Position numbers and translations under genes: made by a program. DNA of 64,000 nucleotides from Octopus vulgaris (Eukaryota), in assembly GCA_951406725.2 (NCBI GenBank), contig OX597814.1, positions 101,618,001 through 101,682,000 on the forward strand, read 5' to 3'. Below the pieces are notes generated by a model. The model searched no databases, was not told the DNA's origin, and saw only the letters and a program-made list of their open reading frames with translations. Each line of letters opens with the position of its first letter. Position 1 is the first letter of the stretch. Shown one piece after another: positions 41,167-55,267 of this stretch.

Positions 41167-41690
41167 CGTATGTATGTATGTATACATGTATGCATGTAAA
41201 TTTGCATATTTGTATGTATGTGTGTAACATTTGTATACATTCCTGTAAATATATTATGCGTGTATGTAAATATACATATGTATATGTATACGTGTGTGGT
41301 GACGACTGCATGCGCGTGTGGGGTCGTTTTCAACTCAGTGCAGGTTAACTTGGTGCAGACAGAACAATTAACCAATGAAAGTGGAGACGTCTATACGGGA
41401 ATTAGAGCGTTAGGCCTACAAGCAGCGAAGAATATTGACAGTAAACGTTCTACAACAACAACATCGACGACGACGAACTTGATGATGATAATAATGATGA
41501 TGATGATGATGCCCAGGATCATAGTCGTGACAACAACGACAAGAAAGACGACAAGAAGGAGAACCAGATCGTGCTTAGGGAAAAGAAAGACGTTATTGGC
41601 GACGACAGACGTTTTTCGCCGCCATTTTTGCATTTTGTTTCAAATTATGTTTCATACGCACGCAGACATATATTCACTCACGCACACACT

Positions 41691-41734
<44 letters not shown>

Positions 41735-42033
41735 ACATGCATACACACATGCGCGCACAAATACGAACACATACATACATCTCCACACAGACCCAGCAAT
41801 TTTCTCCAACCAAATCTCAGTATGCCAATGATTAACCTCGTTAGGTATCCAACAGAGAAGTATTCGTCCGTGTTATTTTATTTATACACCCTTTCTTGCA
41901 CCCTTTCTTGCTAAGCAGTCCTACCCGCCATATTTTTGTTTGAATATTAATTGTTTTTATATGATGTCTTTTTTTCTGATACTTAAACGTCCATAGCCAT
42001 TTCTCCTTTCTTATATTTCAGTCACTCTTTCCT

Positions 42034-42078
<45 letters not shown>

Positions 42079-43429
42079 TTGTCACCCTCTCTTACTCGGT
42101 ATGCAAACATACATACGTTACACACACACATACGCACACACACATACATACACATATACACAGATATATATACTTCAACGTACATACTATCTGAAATACC
42201 CGGCGTTGCCCAATTTGAACACTCAAGAAATCAACGGTAACATCGCAAAGCAAAATATTTACCATATAGTAAAATTTTTGGATAAACAAAAGGAAAAATA
42301 CTCAGCGAGATTCCGTGCTAAATACACTACTTGGATTTTTCTTCTTTTCCGTTTTTTATTATTTTTTCGTTTAGAAAGTTTTTTTAGTTTTCTGTTTAAA
42401 AGAGCACATTACGATTATGAATCCAAAACTGATAGAAAATATTTTCAAATGGAATGCTTTGAACTACTTTTCTCTGTCAAAGTCTAAAACCCCAAATCCA
42501 ACTATAACCCTAAATTGTAAACCATAAATTCTGAACCCTAAACTTTAACTCTGCCCTAAAATACTAATCCGTAATCCCTGTCCCGAGACCTTTTTTTTTT
42601 TAGAATTATTATCTCCCGTGTTTAAAAAAGAATTTTGAAAGGAAGATACGAGAAAATAATTCAGGAATAGAAATAATTTGCCCAGCTGCATCTGCCCTCA
42701 CGGAAAGTGAGGGTGAAAAACATAAATGGAATTTTGTAAAAAGCTTTTATTTGCAAAGTATTCTTAGCTCTGATGCTTAAAACCCTGAAAATATATGCAT
42801 ATCTTCACACACACACACATATACTTGCCTACATACTTATATGCATGCATACGACCCACATGCACACAGAAGTATACCCGCGTCACGTAATTTTATGCCC
42901 CTGAATATATCGCTGTAATGTGGTATTTGTTTCCCATTGATCTCTGTTTCATCAGCTCAGCAATGTTCCTGGGCTTATTTTTCTTTACAAAGATAAAAGC
43001 AATGTCACCACTTTTATGCACGTAAACATCAAATTTTAAACATGCATGTTGCAATGTGTATACTGGAAAACGTTTGTTGAGAAATATATTAAGGAATAAA
43101 TAAATAAAAAAAATGCAGTAATAACAGAGCACAGCACGTTCTCACCGCAAACGATGTTGACTGCTTTGTAAAAGGTGGTGTTTACGACAGTAGATACTGG
43201 GATACACAGGCTACTAGCTTCTAGTTTGAAGATCAGCAGCAGCGGCAGCAGCGGCAGCAACGGCAGTATCTGCTTCAGGAGTGAAGAATTTTTTCCTAAT
43301 TGTTTGTCATGTGCGACGAACCACATTTTTTAGAGTTCAGTTTAATTGAACTTTTATGATCTACTCTTATGATTTTTATGTTAGTTTCTCGATTAGAAAC
43401 GTTATAAGCAAAGGAACGCTGATAATGTG

Positions 43430-44800
43430 TTATAAATGACAATCCTTTAGCCATATTCTTTACACTCAACTAATATGGAGTGAACGAAACTGCTCTATCC
43501 TACACTTGCTCCACAGCTTGTTCCGTCTTCTATTAATATCTCATTTAGCAATCTCTTTCAACGTGGCCCTAATTCTTCAGTTGCAGCATCTACGACTTCT
43601 TCAGTCCAGTATCATTCATCTGTGTCACAATATCTTGTTGAAGTAAACTTTCTGCTGATGGAAAACCTGTAATATGACCTCCTGGTCATATGTTTCGCTA
43701 AACACCATTCGTAGCTGAAGATTTCACTTCACCCAATCATTCGGCTTCGTTATCCATATCATCCAATGTCAAATGTTTTCCAAACGCTTCCACTGTAGAG
43801 TTTTCCTCCAAAGCATTTGCTTTTATGTCTTATTTTAAAGTTCTTTTCAGATAATATTCCTTAAAATAGGCTACGACAACTTGATCTAAGAAGTTGTGTT
43901 CTTGGAGGTATGGTCAATTTTCATATTATCATAAAGTTATCATTTTAAGTTCACTGAGTGGATTACTCTATTGTCCTAAGTGGAGGAATGCTTCGTGAGA
44001 ATATCATGCTTAGCATGGTACCTTTTTTGCAGCAGGACGGAAAGTATTTGTAAACAATCTTAGAAAAGGCATGTGGTGGTCCAAGCCTTTTTGTTTGATA
44101 ATCAAATCACGCATAGGTTGAAATTGCCATAGACATAGAAAATCTTTGAGTTTAGGGAGTGATACACGAGTAGCTGCTTTAATTTCAGATCAACAGTAGC
44201 ATTCCCACTTTCAAAAAACATCGGACAACTTTTTGAAAGCATTAGAACTTGACGCTAAATTTTCTTTACCAAAAGTAAAACTCTTAGAAAGCATACTCTT
44301 TCAGCAAAGCCCTTTTTCTAAAAAACATAGTGCAATTGTACAGATGTTTTGTCCCCTTTAGCAAATATTTTTTGTCAGATTTTTAATATAATCATTTGTA
44401 GCTTGTATATCAGGATTAGTAAACTTTTAAAGTCAGTTCAAGCGAAGGGATTTTTAAATTGTTCAAACTGGCCTTGGCTAACTAGAAAACATTTTACATC
44501 AGAAATTGCACCTTCAAATTTTGGCCTTTACTTCAATGGCCACCGTGTTAACCAGAGTATTACGTTCATGAAATTCCTTCCATCTCAAAGACCATATCAT
44601 ATCTTAAAAAGAAAAATATGTCTAAGCATTTTGCAAAGTAACAGCAAGGGTATCTGACTTAATTTTATTTTTCTTGTCACGCAGTTTTCTCACTCAAGTT
44701 GTTATAACTTTTAATATTTAATCTGTACCAAGCTTTTGCAAAGTCCAACGCCCTCGTAATCTCTTTGCATTTAATTTCCATTTTTTTTTATTGACCTCGC
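43430..44800 (-). mobile_element. Tigger/pogo-like transposase remnant
   Basis: Minus-strand SQGQFEQF (~44470), GNATVDLKLKQLLVYHSLN (~44150-44210), SNKKAWTT (~44080) and PPRT..DQVVVAYFKEYYLKRT (~43840-43910) are collinear with Tigger/CENP-B DDE_1 motifs. Heavily decayed. Confidence 0.75.
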
Positions 44801-44956
44801 TTCCACTTGATGGTCGATTTCTAATAATCTTGAATAAGGGCAATGTTTAACGACTTATACACTTGTAAGTAAATCCAAGAAATAAGGAACACTAACCAAA
44901 TTGTAAACTAGTAGAAACCAGTCAACTAGTGACTTTCTACAACGGCAAAAGTTCTC

Positions 44957-45036
<80 letters not shown>

Positions 45037-45043
45037 TGTACAG

Positions 45044-45119
<76 letters not shown>

Positions 45120-45619
45120 ATGCATGTACATACATAATATCATATTTGTATATCTCTGCAACATGAATGGGCCATATTTTGAGTGCCGCATAATTACAAG
45201 TATGAAAGCAATATGAGAATGAAGATGAGTGAAAATGAGAACACATGTAAGTGAAGGGGATCGTGCGTGAAAAATACTTGTTTCTGAATCTGTGCGTAAA
45301 TGAATTCATGTAATTGCAAGTATAGTATTTTCGTATGCACCAGTTTCAGTCAGTCTCTCTTTCTCTTTTCTTTTCCCTCTCTCTCACCCTTCTTCTTCTT
45401 CTCTCTCTCTCTCTCTTTTGACTGTTTGTCACTCTCTCTCTTTCTCTCTCACTGTCTCTCTCTCTTTCTCTTTGTATCTTTGCATCACACCGTCCTCTTA
45501 CGAGTGTATACCTACTCTAGTATATTACTCACACACACACACACACACATATATATGTATATCTACCTGTCTGTCTGTCTGTATGTATGTATATGTATAT
45601 ATATATATATATATATATG

Positions 45620-45815
45620 TTTGTGTGTCTGTGTTTGCCCCTCCCCTTCTACCCACCCACCTTCGCTTTGAAAACCGATGTTGGTGTATTTACGTCCCCG
45701 ATAGCATATGTACCAGGCTTACAAAGAATAAATCCTGGGGTCGATTTCTTCGACTAAAGACGGTGCTCCAGCATGGCCGCAGTCAAATGACTGAAATAAA
45801 TAAAAGAATAAAAGA
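45620..45815 (+). mobile_element. SINE family A, 3' half
   Basis: ggtgctccagcatggccgcagtcaaatgactgaaa. Confidence 0.85.
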
Positions 45816-45876
45816 ATATATATGTATTTGTGTGTATATATATATATGTGTGTGTGTGTACGTGTGTGTGTGTATT

Positions 45877-45916
<40 letters not shown>

Positions 45917-46094
45917 CACATATGCGCGCGTATGAGTGAATATGTGTGAGTGTGTATGTGCGCGTGTATGCATATCTTATATATAGGTGTTGATATATAT
46001 ATATAAATACACACATATGCCCCACGCACAGACATACACACACATGTGTATATATATATATATATATATATACATGCGTATGTGTGTATATATA

Positions 46095-46779
46095 CATGGT
46101 CTAATCAATAAGTATCCAGGCTGTTGCCATAGTAACGAAGCTAAAGAACGCTGAGTGAAGCTGCTTGGCCTTGAACTCTGCTGTGCATGCGCACAAAGTT
46201 TTAACATCCTATCTCAGTGGTTAGAAGGAAGGTGTGTAGAGTGTGATCGTCGCATTGGTCATGAATCTGTATCAAAGTTTGCCAAAAGCTTGGTGATTCC
46301 TGCTCACAGGCCAGAAAATGTGTGGAGAGGACAACTCACCTGGTGACAACACACCTGTCCATTCAGCATAGCTTGTACAGCAAGTTTTGACTAGATACAG
46401 CATTCCCCAGGTCTGACAGCCACTGTATTCCCCAGATCTCACCCCTTGTGATTTTTCCCTCTTTCCAAAAATCAAATCCCGCTTGAAAGGAAGATTTCAG
46501 AAAGTTGAGGACATCAAAGTGAATGCGACGTGGCAGCTGCTGATTACCCCAGGAAACGAGTTCCAGGAATGCTTCCATCAAAGAAAACAGAGCTGGATTA
46601 AGTGTGTGGCTTCTGAAGGGAATTACTTTGAAGGAGATTAAATGCTAAATTGGTACGTGTTGTACTTCAGTTTTTTTTTTTTGTTTTATAATAATATAAT
46701 AATGAAATTATTGTATACAGTGCTCAGGTGCACCACAGTACTCAAAGCACCAGTCCGGATATTTATTGATCAGACCATG
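46095..46779 (+). mobile_element. Internally deleted mariner (DD34D) with both TIRs
   Basis: TA + catggtctaatcaataagtatccaggctg / cagtccggatatttattgatcagaccatg + TA; encodes DNTPVH..YSPDLTPCDF with 34 codons between the Ds. Confidence 0.9.
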
Positions 46780-47116
46780 TATATATATAAATACTAAATA
46801 AGATCCAGGGATTTCAGAGTATGAACCTTCAAGCAGTCTGTGGGAGAAACAGAACAAAAATATACAATGTATGATAAGGAATAATAATCAATTTTTATTA
46901 GCATCAAATGTTGCGATGAAATTCAATAAGCTGATTGTTCCTATAGAGTTCACGGTTAGCGACTAGAGCTAATTTGAACTCAGAAGGTAAAGGCTGACCA
47001 AATGCCGTTAAGCATTTTGCCTGGCGTGCTAACAACGGTGATTGTTTTTTGTTTTTGTTTTTTTTTGTACAATAGACACAAAACCTAACATTTGTGGGGA
47101 GATGTCTAGTCTATTC

Positions 47117-47295
47117 GAGTGCTCTGCAACCATTTTCCAATTGCGCTACACATGTTCTGTTCAAAATTCAGCGGCACACTTGAGCTAAAGATATAAAAGT
47201 ACAGGGGGGAAAATTATATTTAAATTACACTACGGCACACCTAGCATCGTCTCGTGACACACCAGTTGCCGCGGCATACCGGTTGCGGAGCACTG
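47117..47295. mobile_element. hAT MITE (179 bp) inserted in a minus-strand SINE B (47075-47452)
   Basis: TIR gagtgctctgcaacc / ggttgcggagcactg; perfect 8-bp TSD gtctattc (47109-16 and 47296-303). Confidence 0.88.
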
Positions 47296-47974
47296 GTCTA
47301 TTCTAGTGCACCGACTAGTACGTCTTTTATCGAACCCGAAAGGATGAAGGACAACTTAATCTCGAAGGAGTTTGAACTCGATACGTAAAGACGGGCGGAA
47401 TACAACTGAATATTTTGTCCAGTATGCTAACGATTCAGCCAGTTCGCCGCTTTAACGATTACAATAAAAATACCAAAGACGATGATTTCAATCACGACAA
47501 CCACGGCGATAACCACTACTACAACCACGGCAACGACCACGACTACGGCCACGATGGTGGTGGTGGTGGTGGTGTAAAGATACTGTTTTTTCTTCTTTTT
47601 GTTTTTGTTTTCTTTATTCCTTAACTGAAATCTGACATGAAGCAAAACAATCATGGCGAATGTTGGAGCAGGCATAGTGACAAGTTGAGTAATCAGGAAA
47701 TCACACCTCGAGTGCTTTGCCTCGTGATCTTGTCGTAATTATCCGGAAATCCTTTCTCCGAGTTGACAGAAAGAGAGCAACGTATAGGGTATTGCGAGTG
47801 CGGCCGGGGAGTGGCGATTGTCTGTTTCTGCGTGCAGGTACACACACAATGATAATCACATACTCATACAGACACATACAAATACAAATACACACATATT
47901 TACACATACAGGCTTACACACACGCGCACAGGAAAAATACATAAATCCACGCATATAAGCATACAGACACACAA

Positions 47975-48038
<64 letters not shown>

Positions 48039-48202
48039 GCAAACACATACACAAATGTACACATACAAGCATGGACACACACACACACATGCAACCACAA
48101 AAGTACACACACACGCACGCACACACACATTTTATATATACACGAACGCATACACGCACACAAACCTACAAGTAGAGGTATCCAGACACATACACACACA
48201 CT

Positions 48203-48247
<45 letters not shown>

Positions 48248-48416
48248 GGACCCATACACGCACATGCATGCTGGAACAGATAGTCATAATATAATGGTCA
48301 TATAATTTATCGCACCACAAAATACCGCAAAAAGAACAACAGGTTATTTTCTTAACATGTAATTTAGGGATTGTATTCAAAGAAAATTATTGAAGCTTGT
48401 GTCTACATGCAGTAAA

Positions 48417-48417
48417 C

Positions 48418-48483
<66 letters not shown>

Positions 48484-48633
48484 GGGATGTTGCTGCTTCT
48501 GTTGCTGCCGCTGATAGTGATGATGATGCTGATGAGGCTGGTGGTTGTAGTGGCGGTAGTAGTAACAGTAATAGGAGCAATGATGGTGGTCGTGGTGGTA
48601 GTAGTAGTGGTGATGGCGTTGCTCTTGTTGGTT

Positions 48634-48685
<52 letters not shown>
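48417..48685. repeat. (TAG)n trinucleotide tracts
   Basis: Direct inspection. Confidence 0.95.
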
Positions 48686-49010
48686 ACTTAATTCGTTTGT
48701 CTGTCCTTGTTTGTCCTCTCTGTGTTTAGCCCCTTGTGGGTAGTAAAGAAATAGGTATTTCGTCTGCTGCTACGTTCTGAGTTCAAATTCCACGGAGGTC
48801 GACTTTGCCGTTCATCCTTTCGGGGTCGATTAAATAAGTACCAGTTACGCACTGGGGTCGATATAATCGACTTAATCCGTTTATCTGTCCTTGTTTGTCC
48901 TCTTTGTGTTGAGTCCCTTGTGGGTAGTAAAGAAATAGGTATTTCGTCTGTTTTCGACTATTGCCCTCCCCATAAATTCCTGATCTTATGCTTATAGTAG
49001 AAAGGATTAT
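48685..49010 (+). mobile_element. SINE family B tandem units, headless
   Basis: Two gaaatag|gtatttcgtctg junctions. A further headless monomer lies at 49620-49782. Confidence 0.88.
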
Positions 49011-50092
49011 TAATGCGGATTCTTTGAGACAGCCTCATAGAAGTTCTGCAGCTCTTCTATAGGAGCTTGTCTTCCACTTTTCTATGTTCTTTCAAATCCT
49101 ACATTATTCGCTCTCACTTTCAGTTTCCTGGAGCGTGACAGAATGAGTATCAATTAACGTAATAAGGTCGTTAAACCAATTGCATACCTCAAAAATTGCT
49201 GTTGTGGTATTGCTCTAGAGAAATCTCTATTTAGAAGGTATATGGTCAAAGCCTGAAACAGCATGAGTAGGCCGGTTTTATTTATTTATTTATTTATTTT
49301 CTACATCAAAGAATTACATTATCCAATGTGTTCTGTCTTTCTAGAGATTTTGTAGCCATTTCTATCAGAAAGGATATCCTTCGATTGCGCAACAAACGGT
49401 GTTTTACTTCGGAACGGAATTGTTATTTATGACATATATAGATATATAACAGGCCAGTACACTTATCTTGAAAATAAGTAGTGTGGTTTTGTTTCCAGCG
49501 CGTTCTAATGCCATTTTTTCCATCGGGGTTTCTATGCCCTAATATTAAACTATTCTCTGTAGTCAATATACGATGAAAACTTATAATTATATCAACACAC
49601 ACACACATATATATATATATATTTCGTCTGTCTTTAGGTTCTGAGTTCAAATTCCGCCGAGGTCGACTTTGCTTTTATCCTTTCGGGGTCGGTAAATTAA
49701 GTACCAATTGCGTACCTGGAGCGACCAAATCGACTTCCCCACCTCTCCCAAATTTTCGGGCCTTGTGCCTAGAGTAGAACAGTATATTTGTACTTCAAAT
49801 CCTACCTAGACGTCTCGTCATTCTTATATATATAATAGTCTAGTATATATAATAGTCTAATAAAGGATGACCAGGCATGGCCATCCTTTATTAGGAACGG
49901 GCCTCATGGGACATGGCTCATCATCAGACGAACTGCACTGTTTAGAATAGTGAAGGTAATATTACAAAATTAATACAAGAATGTAAGAAAAAAATTCTGG
50001 TGAATTAATGCATGTATCAATTTTGTGATTCTTCTGTGGCTTAGAAGTATTTTGACTTCTATTTTTAACGAAGCAGGTGGTTATGTAGTACC

Positions 50093-50151
<59 letters not shown>

Positions 50152-50155
<4 letters not shown>

Positions 50156-50823
50156 TGTTGTTGGCATCTTTTTTGTCTCGGGAGACAATGGAGTTGCGCA
50201 TAAAATAATCTACTCTGGCTTTTACATTTCATGTCCTAATACATCTCCTGCAGTGGCTGTGTAGTCCTATCCTGGATAAGCACTCCCTCTGGAGGGGGCC
50301 CCAAATGTAGCGAAGACTTTGCCTGGCTGGTTGTAATGTCATAGTTTCTTGTTGACGTCTTTTCTTGTCTTTCCAATTCTCCTCTCTCCCTCAGTCACTC
50401 TTTTGTGTTCCCTCTTTTACAGTATGTCGACAATCTCCACGGTTGCTTGCAGCTGCTTCCTAGTTGCTAATATTGATGTTACAGGCCTTCATGTCCCTTT
50501 TGCAAACACCCTTGTATCGTTAGAACGGTCTTCCCACAGACCTAGTGCCCCTAGCAAGCTCTCCGTAGAGTATGTCCTTGGGGATTCTGCCATCTTCCAT
50601 ACGGCTAACATGTTCAAGCCATCTCATACGTCTTTGTGTGAGGAGTGCAAACATGCTTGGTATTTAGAAGAAGCAGATCAACTATTGACATGATATTCTT
50701 CATACGCCAACTTCAGAAGTCCAGAGAGCAGAAAATGCCATTATATATGACCTTCATTGATCTGACAAAGGCCTTTGACTTGGTAAGTAGAAAAGGCCTC
50801 TTCATCCTGCTCCCAAAAATCGG
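50152..50823 (-). mobile_element. RTE LINE 3' end (50152-50660, minus) joined to an inverted RT fragment (50660-50823, plus)
   Basis: Minus: RRMRWLEHVSRMEDGRIPKDILYGEL..ECLSRIGLHSHCRRC and a (caa)n tail. Plus: RSTIDMIF.IRQLQ..FIDLTKAFDLVSR. Confidence 0.88.
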
Positions 50824-50841
50824 ATATATATATTATTATTA

Positions 50842-50890
<49 letters not shown>

Positions 50891-50892
50891 TC

Positions 50893-50950
<58 letters not shown>

Positions 50951-51574
50951 CATTAATTTTCGTATACAGCTGTACGCTCGCGGCCACCAACGATAGTACT
51001 TTTAGAAATATTACCGTTTTTATATTTATTCATATATATATATATGAGCGTGTATTAATCAGTGTTCATATACATACACCTGTATGTGTAAGTTTCTAAG
51101 ACTCAGATGTTTATGTATGTGTACGTAGTACATGCTGATTAAATGCAGATTGGAAGTAAAATTCAACGGAAAGAAAAAGAATATAAAGCATTTGCAAACG
51201 CAAGAGGAGAGCAAGGACTGCATTCCTAATCGTGTTTTGTTATTGGTATTTATTTGCTTATTACCAGTGACGTTGTTGTTGTTGAGGTGATTTTTGTGGT
51301 TGTAGTTATTATTGTTGTCGTCCTTTAAGCTGTTTTCTCACACTTTTTAAAGCTATATCCGGAAAGAAATTAGTCTTCGTTGAGTAATTTTCGGATTATT
51401 GGTTAATCTCTTTTCCATCACCATTCATTATTAAAAGAAAACGAAAATAAATAAACTATATTGTTTTAGAACATTGATCGATTATATTAACTTCCTGGCT
51501 AGAATGAATAGCATGCTAATCACCCGGTAATTATTAACTACTGCTATTACTATCGTTGTTGTTATTAGAACAAT

Positions 51575-51914
51575 GGATGGGCAGAAGCGTTAGAGCGTCA
51601 GAAAAATGCTTTGCAGTATTTGTTCCGGCTCTTTATGTTCTCAGTTCGAATCTCACCTAAGGCAACTTTGCTCTTCATTCTTCTGAGATCAATAAAATAA
51701 AGTACCAGTCTATCATGGAGATGATGGTATCAACGGAACCCTTCCCCTCAAAAGTTGCCGGCCTTGTGTGTGGTAAGTAGCTTGCTTACCAACCACATGG
51801 TTCCAGGTTCAGTCCCACTGCGTGGCACCTTGGGCAAGTGTCTTCTACTATCGCCTCGGGCCGACCAAAGCTTTGTGAGTGGATATGATAGAAGGAAACT
51901 GAAAGAAGCCCGTC

Positions 51915-52000
<86 letters not shown>

Positions 52001-52039
52001 CGAGCATGGCCGCAGTCAAATGACTGAAACAAGTAAAAG

Positions 52040-52108
<69 letters not shown>

Positions 52109-52335
52109 ATTATTATTATTGAAGGCGGCAATCTGGCAGAATTGTTAGCTTGCCGGGAGAAATGTTTACTGGTATTTCGTCCGTCGCTCTGAGTTCAAAT
52201 TCCGCCGAAGTCGACTTTGCTTTTTATCCTTTCGGGGTCGATGAATTGAGTACCATAGTGATACTCTGGGGTCAATGTAATCGCCTTGTCCCCTCCCACC
52301 AAATTCGAGGTCTTGTGCCTCCGGTAGAAAGGATT
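51575..52335 (+). mobile_element. SINE cluster: diverged B (51575-51765), internally deleted A (51765-52040), (TTA)n, B (52122-52335)
   Basis: Family motifs as above. Confidence 0.8.
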
Positions 52336-52799
52336 GTTGTTGTTGTTGTTGTTATTTGTTTACAAGAGAAAGCCAACCTTTTGGAGATCATAATTGTTAT
52401 TGAATAATGTTTTGAGGAAAGTAATTTCCGGATTTCGTTATACTAATTTGTTATCAAGCCAACCCTGCTTTCTCAGGGGCTAGTTCATTTTGTGAAGTAC
52501 CAACCATATAGCTTCACGAATCCAAGGGATAAATAGCCTTTCCACCAGCCACTTTATTATCAATTTCTCAGTACTACTTGTTAATAAAGAAATTATGAAA
52601 AAATATAGCAGTATCAACGACAACCAATAGCGTAAAAAAAACAGAAAGAAAAAATACAATCAACCTAAAAATTCCAACTTTACCACCACCATTATTAACA
52701 GCAATACAAATAAAAAATCAAGACAACACAATTAACAAATCCAAAGTTACCCGGTTCGCAACTGACCAGCAACATGAGGAGGAAATATAATTATCTTTC

Positions 52800-53450
52800 A
52801 AAAAATTGAAGAAAAATGTTTAAAACATGCTTACGAGGTATGGCCAAAACATAGAATTAAACATTCCAAAATCCATCCGACAAGATACCAATCTGAAAAC
52901 CATAAGTTATAAAAGGTTAAGGATAAAGAGAGGGAAAATAGAACAAGCAACACAGCAGCAAATAGGAAATACTGCGCAAATTGATTTCGCGTATCAGAAA
53001 ATATGTTGCTAACTGAGGAAGTATACAGTACAAAACAGACGAAACGCACGACAATAGACGAAGCCAGGAAACACTCCTCAACAGCACTAATGAAATACCA
53101 ACTGACCATCATACCAATGTACCTTGGCGGCAGAGTAGTAAGGATAGAGATTGCCGATGTACTCCAATGAGTAAATATCTGCTAACTGGTGGCGGCGGTT
53201 CTCTGCGATATTGATGACAAAACTAACATTTTCGGGTTTAGAAGATGCAAAACCAAAATTTGCCTGGCGAAGTGATGGAGATATTATTGATTCAAACGTA
53301 TTATAAAAGTATGGAATTCATCCTGGAATTGATTAATCTGCCAGGCTGCGCAGAATTGTACGTGACCTTTGAGGACAGAAAGTCAAGGTGTCACTCGTGT
53401 AGTAAGAGAAACCATCTTAAACTTTCCGTTCACAGCAAAGAGCTAAGACA
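52800..53450 (+). pseudogene. Possible decayed gag/ORF1-like sequence with zinc-knuckle remnant
   Basis: A-rich broken frames ending LYVTFEDRKSRCHSCSKRNHLK (Cx2Cx4H). Confidence 0.35.
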
Positions 53451-53661
53451 TCCACCCCCATTTCTGCCGATACCATCACCACAACAGTAACAACACCTAC
53501 AACACAAACGACAGGAGAACCAACGCCAGAGAGCAGTCACAATGGCAAAAATGCCAGTGACGGAGATCTAAAACGAGCAGCTGCAAAGGGAGTAGTAAAA
53601 GCAGCAGCAGCTACAACACTGCAAACAACTGTAACAAAAACAACAAAGAAAAACACCACCT

Positions 53662-53945
53662 TCATCATCATCATCATTGTTCGACCGTGGTCGAGACTTT
53701 CATAGTCTTTTCAAATGGCTAATAATGTGTGCGCGCGCCACTACTACACACATTTGAAGGCATTGTACAACCAAGTACTAAAGAAGATCTTTCCTCCTCC
53801 ATGAAACAAAGCTGTTCCCGCTGGACGCCAACCCAGTATTTCTAAGCTACGGACCGAGTGATTTATTGTAATGTTATCTCCCTAGATAGATTGCCTCCAC
53901 TACGGCTAAGGAGCCCTTTCTACCCCACCTTCAAGACCCAGCATA
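53662..53945 (-). mobile_element. Probable RTE-derived non-autonomous fragment
   Basis: (GAT)n tail on the minus strand and ctccctagatagattgcctccactacggctaaggagccc, resembling the recalled RTE 5' motif. Confidence 0.4.
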
Positions 53946-54761
53946 TCACCAGCATCGTTGTAATTGAAAGCCCACAAATAACAACAAAAACAAAAATACT
54001 ATGACACCGCCAATATATGGCCCTCCATATCTTGGACCACTCGGGCATGGCCTGTGGCGAAGGTGAGGAAAAAGAAACCTATAGGCAACAGGTAACAAAA
54101 TGAAAAGAGAAATGGGAATAAACACGCTAGCAAAAGACAAAACTGACTGAAAGGCGCAAACGGGTGGGGGAAACACGTCGGTGTCGACAAAAATAGTTCA
54201 GTTGTTTGATCAACTGAATTACCTGCCCATTGAATAAGCCTGTAAGTGACTGGGCATTCCATAGACAAGTGCACGTTTCATATAAGTCGAAGGACGAATC
54301 TATGTGATAAACTGTGTGTGACAAAACTGCACTTTCGAATTACATGTACAATCATCCGACGGGATTTAATTCAGTTTCCATCAACACAATTTCACATACG
54401 GGGAATGGATCGACTTGGGGCAATAGAAAATACCTCCTGTCCAACATGTCACAATGTAGCATCAACCCTGGTGGACCTCATGGTTGCGAAGTGAACTTCA
54501 TGTATGCAAGTATGTTCTCTGTTTGTGCGTGAGTGTGAGTATGTGTGTTTGCGTGTGTGTATGTGTGTGTGTGTGTATGTGTTTTGTTTGTATTTTTCTT
54601 ATGCGACTTGATTACCGTTGTTTGTTTCTATATATACCCGTAATTTTGCGGGTCAGCAAAGACTAAGCACCATAAAGTACTGGGATGGATTTGCTTAGCT
54701 AGACTTCAAGCCAGTCTCACAGTATAACCGCAACCAAATGATGGAAACTACGAAAAGAGTA

Positions 54762-54792
<31 letters not shown>

Positions 54793-54818
54793 CATACATA
54801 CATACATACATACATACA

Positions 54819-54849
<31 letters not shown>

Positions 54850-55175
54850 GTGTGTGTGCGCACGAGAGCTCACACACACGCATATATATATACATATATG
54901 TGTGTGCGTATATATACATACACACAAACACAAACAAACACAATCACACACATAAACATATAAATATTTATTTACCTATATGATTATGTATGTATTATAT
55001 ATGCACACAAATAAACACAGACGCGCGTGTAGATGCATGGATGCATGAATGTATGCCTTTACTATGTATATAAATCTGTATAAATGTACATATATGTAAG
55101 CATATATGTGCGTACAAAGAAAAAGAAAAGGCTCGATAAATAGAACGTAGATTTCAGTAATGAGAAAGAACAAAG

Positions 55176-55261
<86 letters not shown>

Positions 55262-55267
<6 letters not shown>

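Noticed and set aside
42185-42575. Telomere-like taaccct/aaaccct runs and a Helitron-like start (actat..cccggcgttgccc)
   Set aside because: Too degenerate for a telomeric array. Probably an old Helitron-type fragment whose ends cannot be defined.
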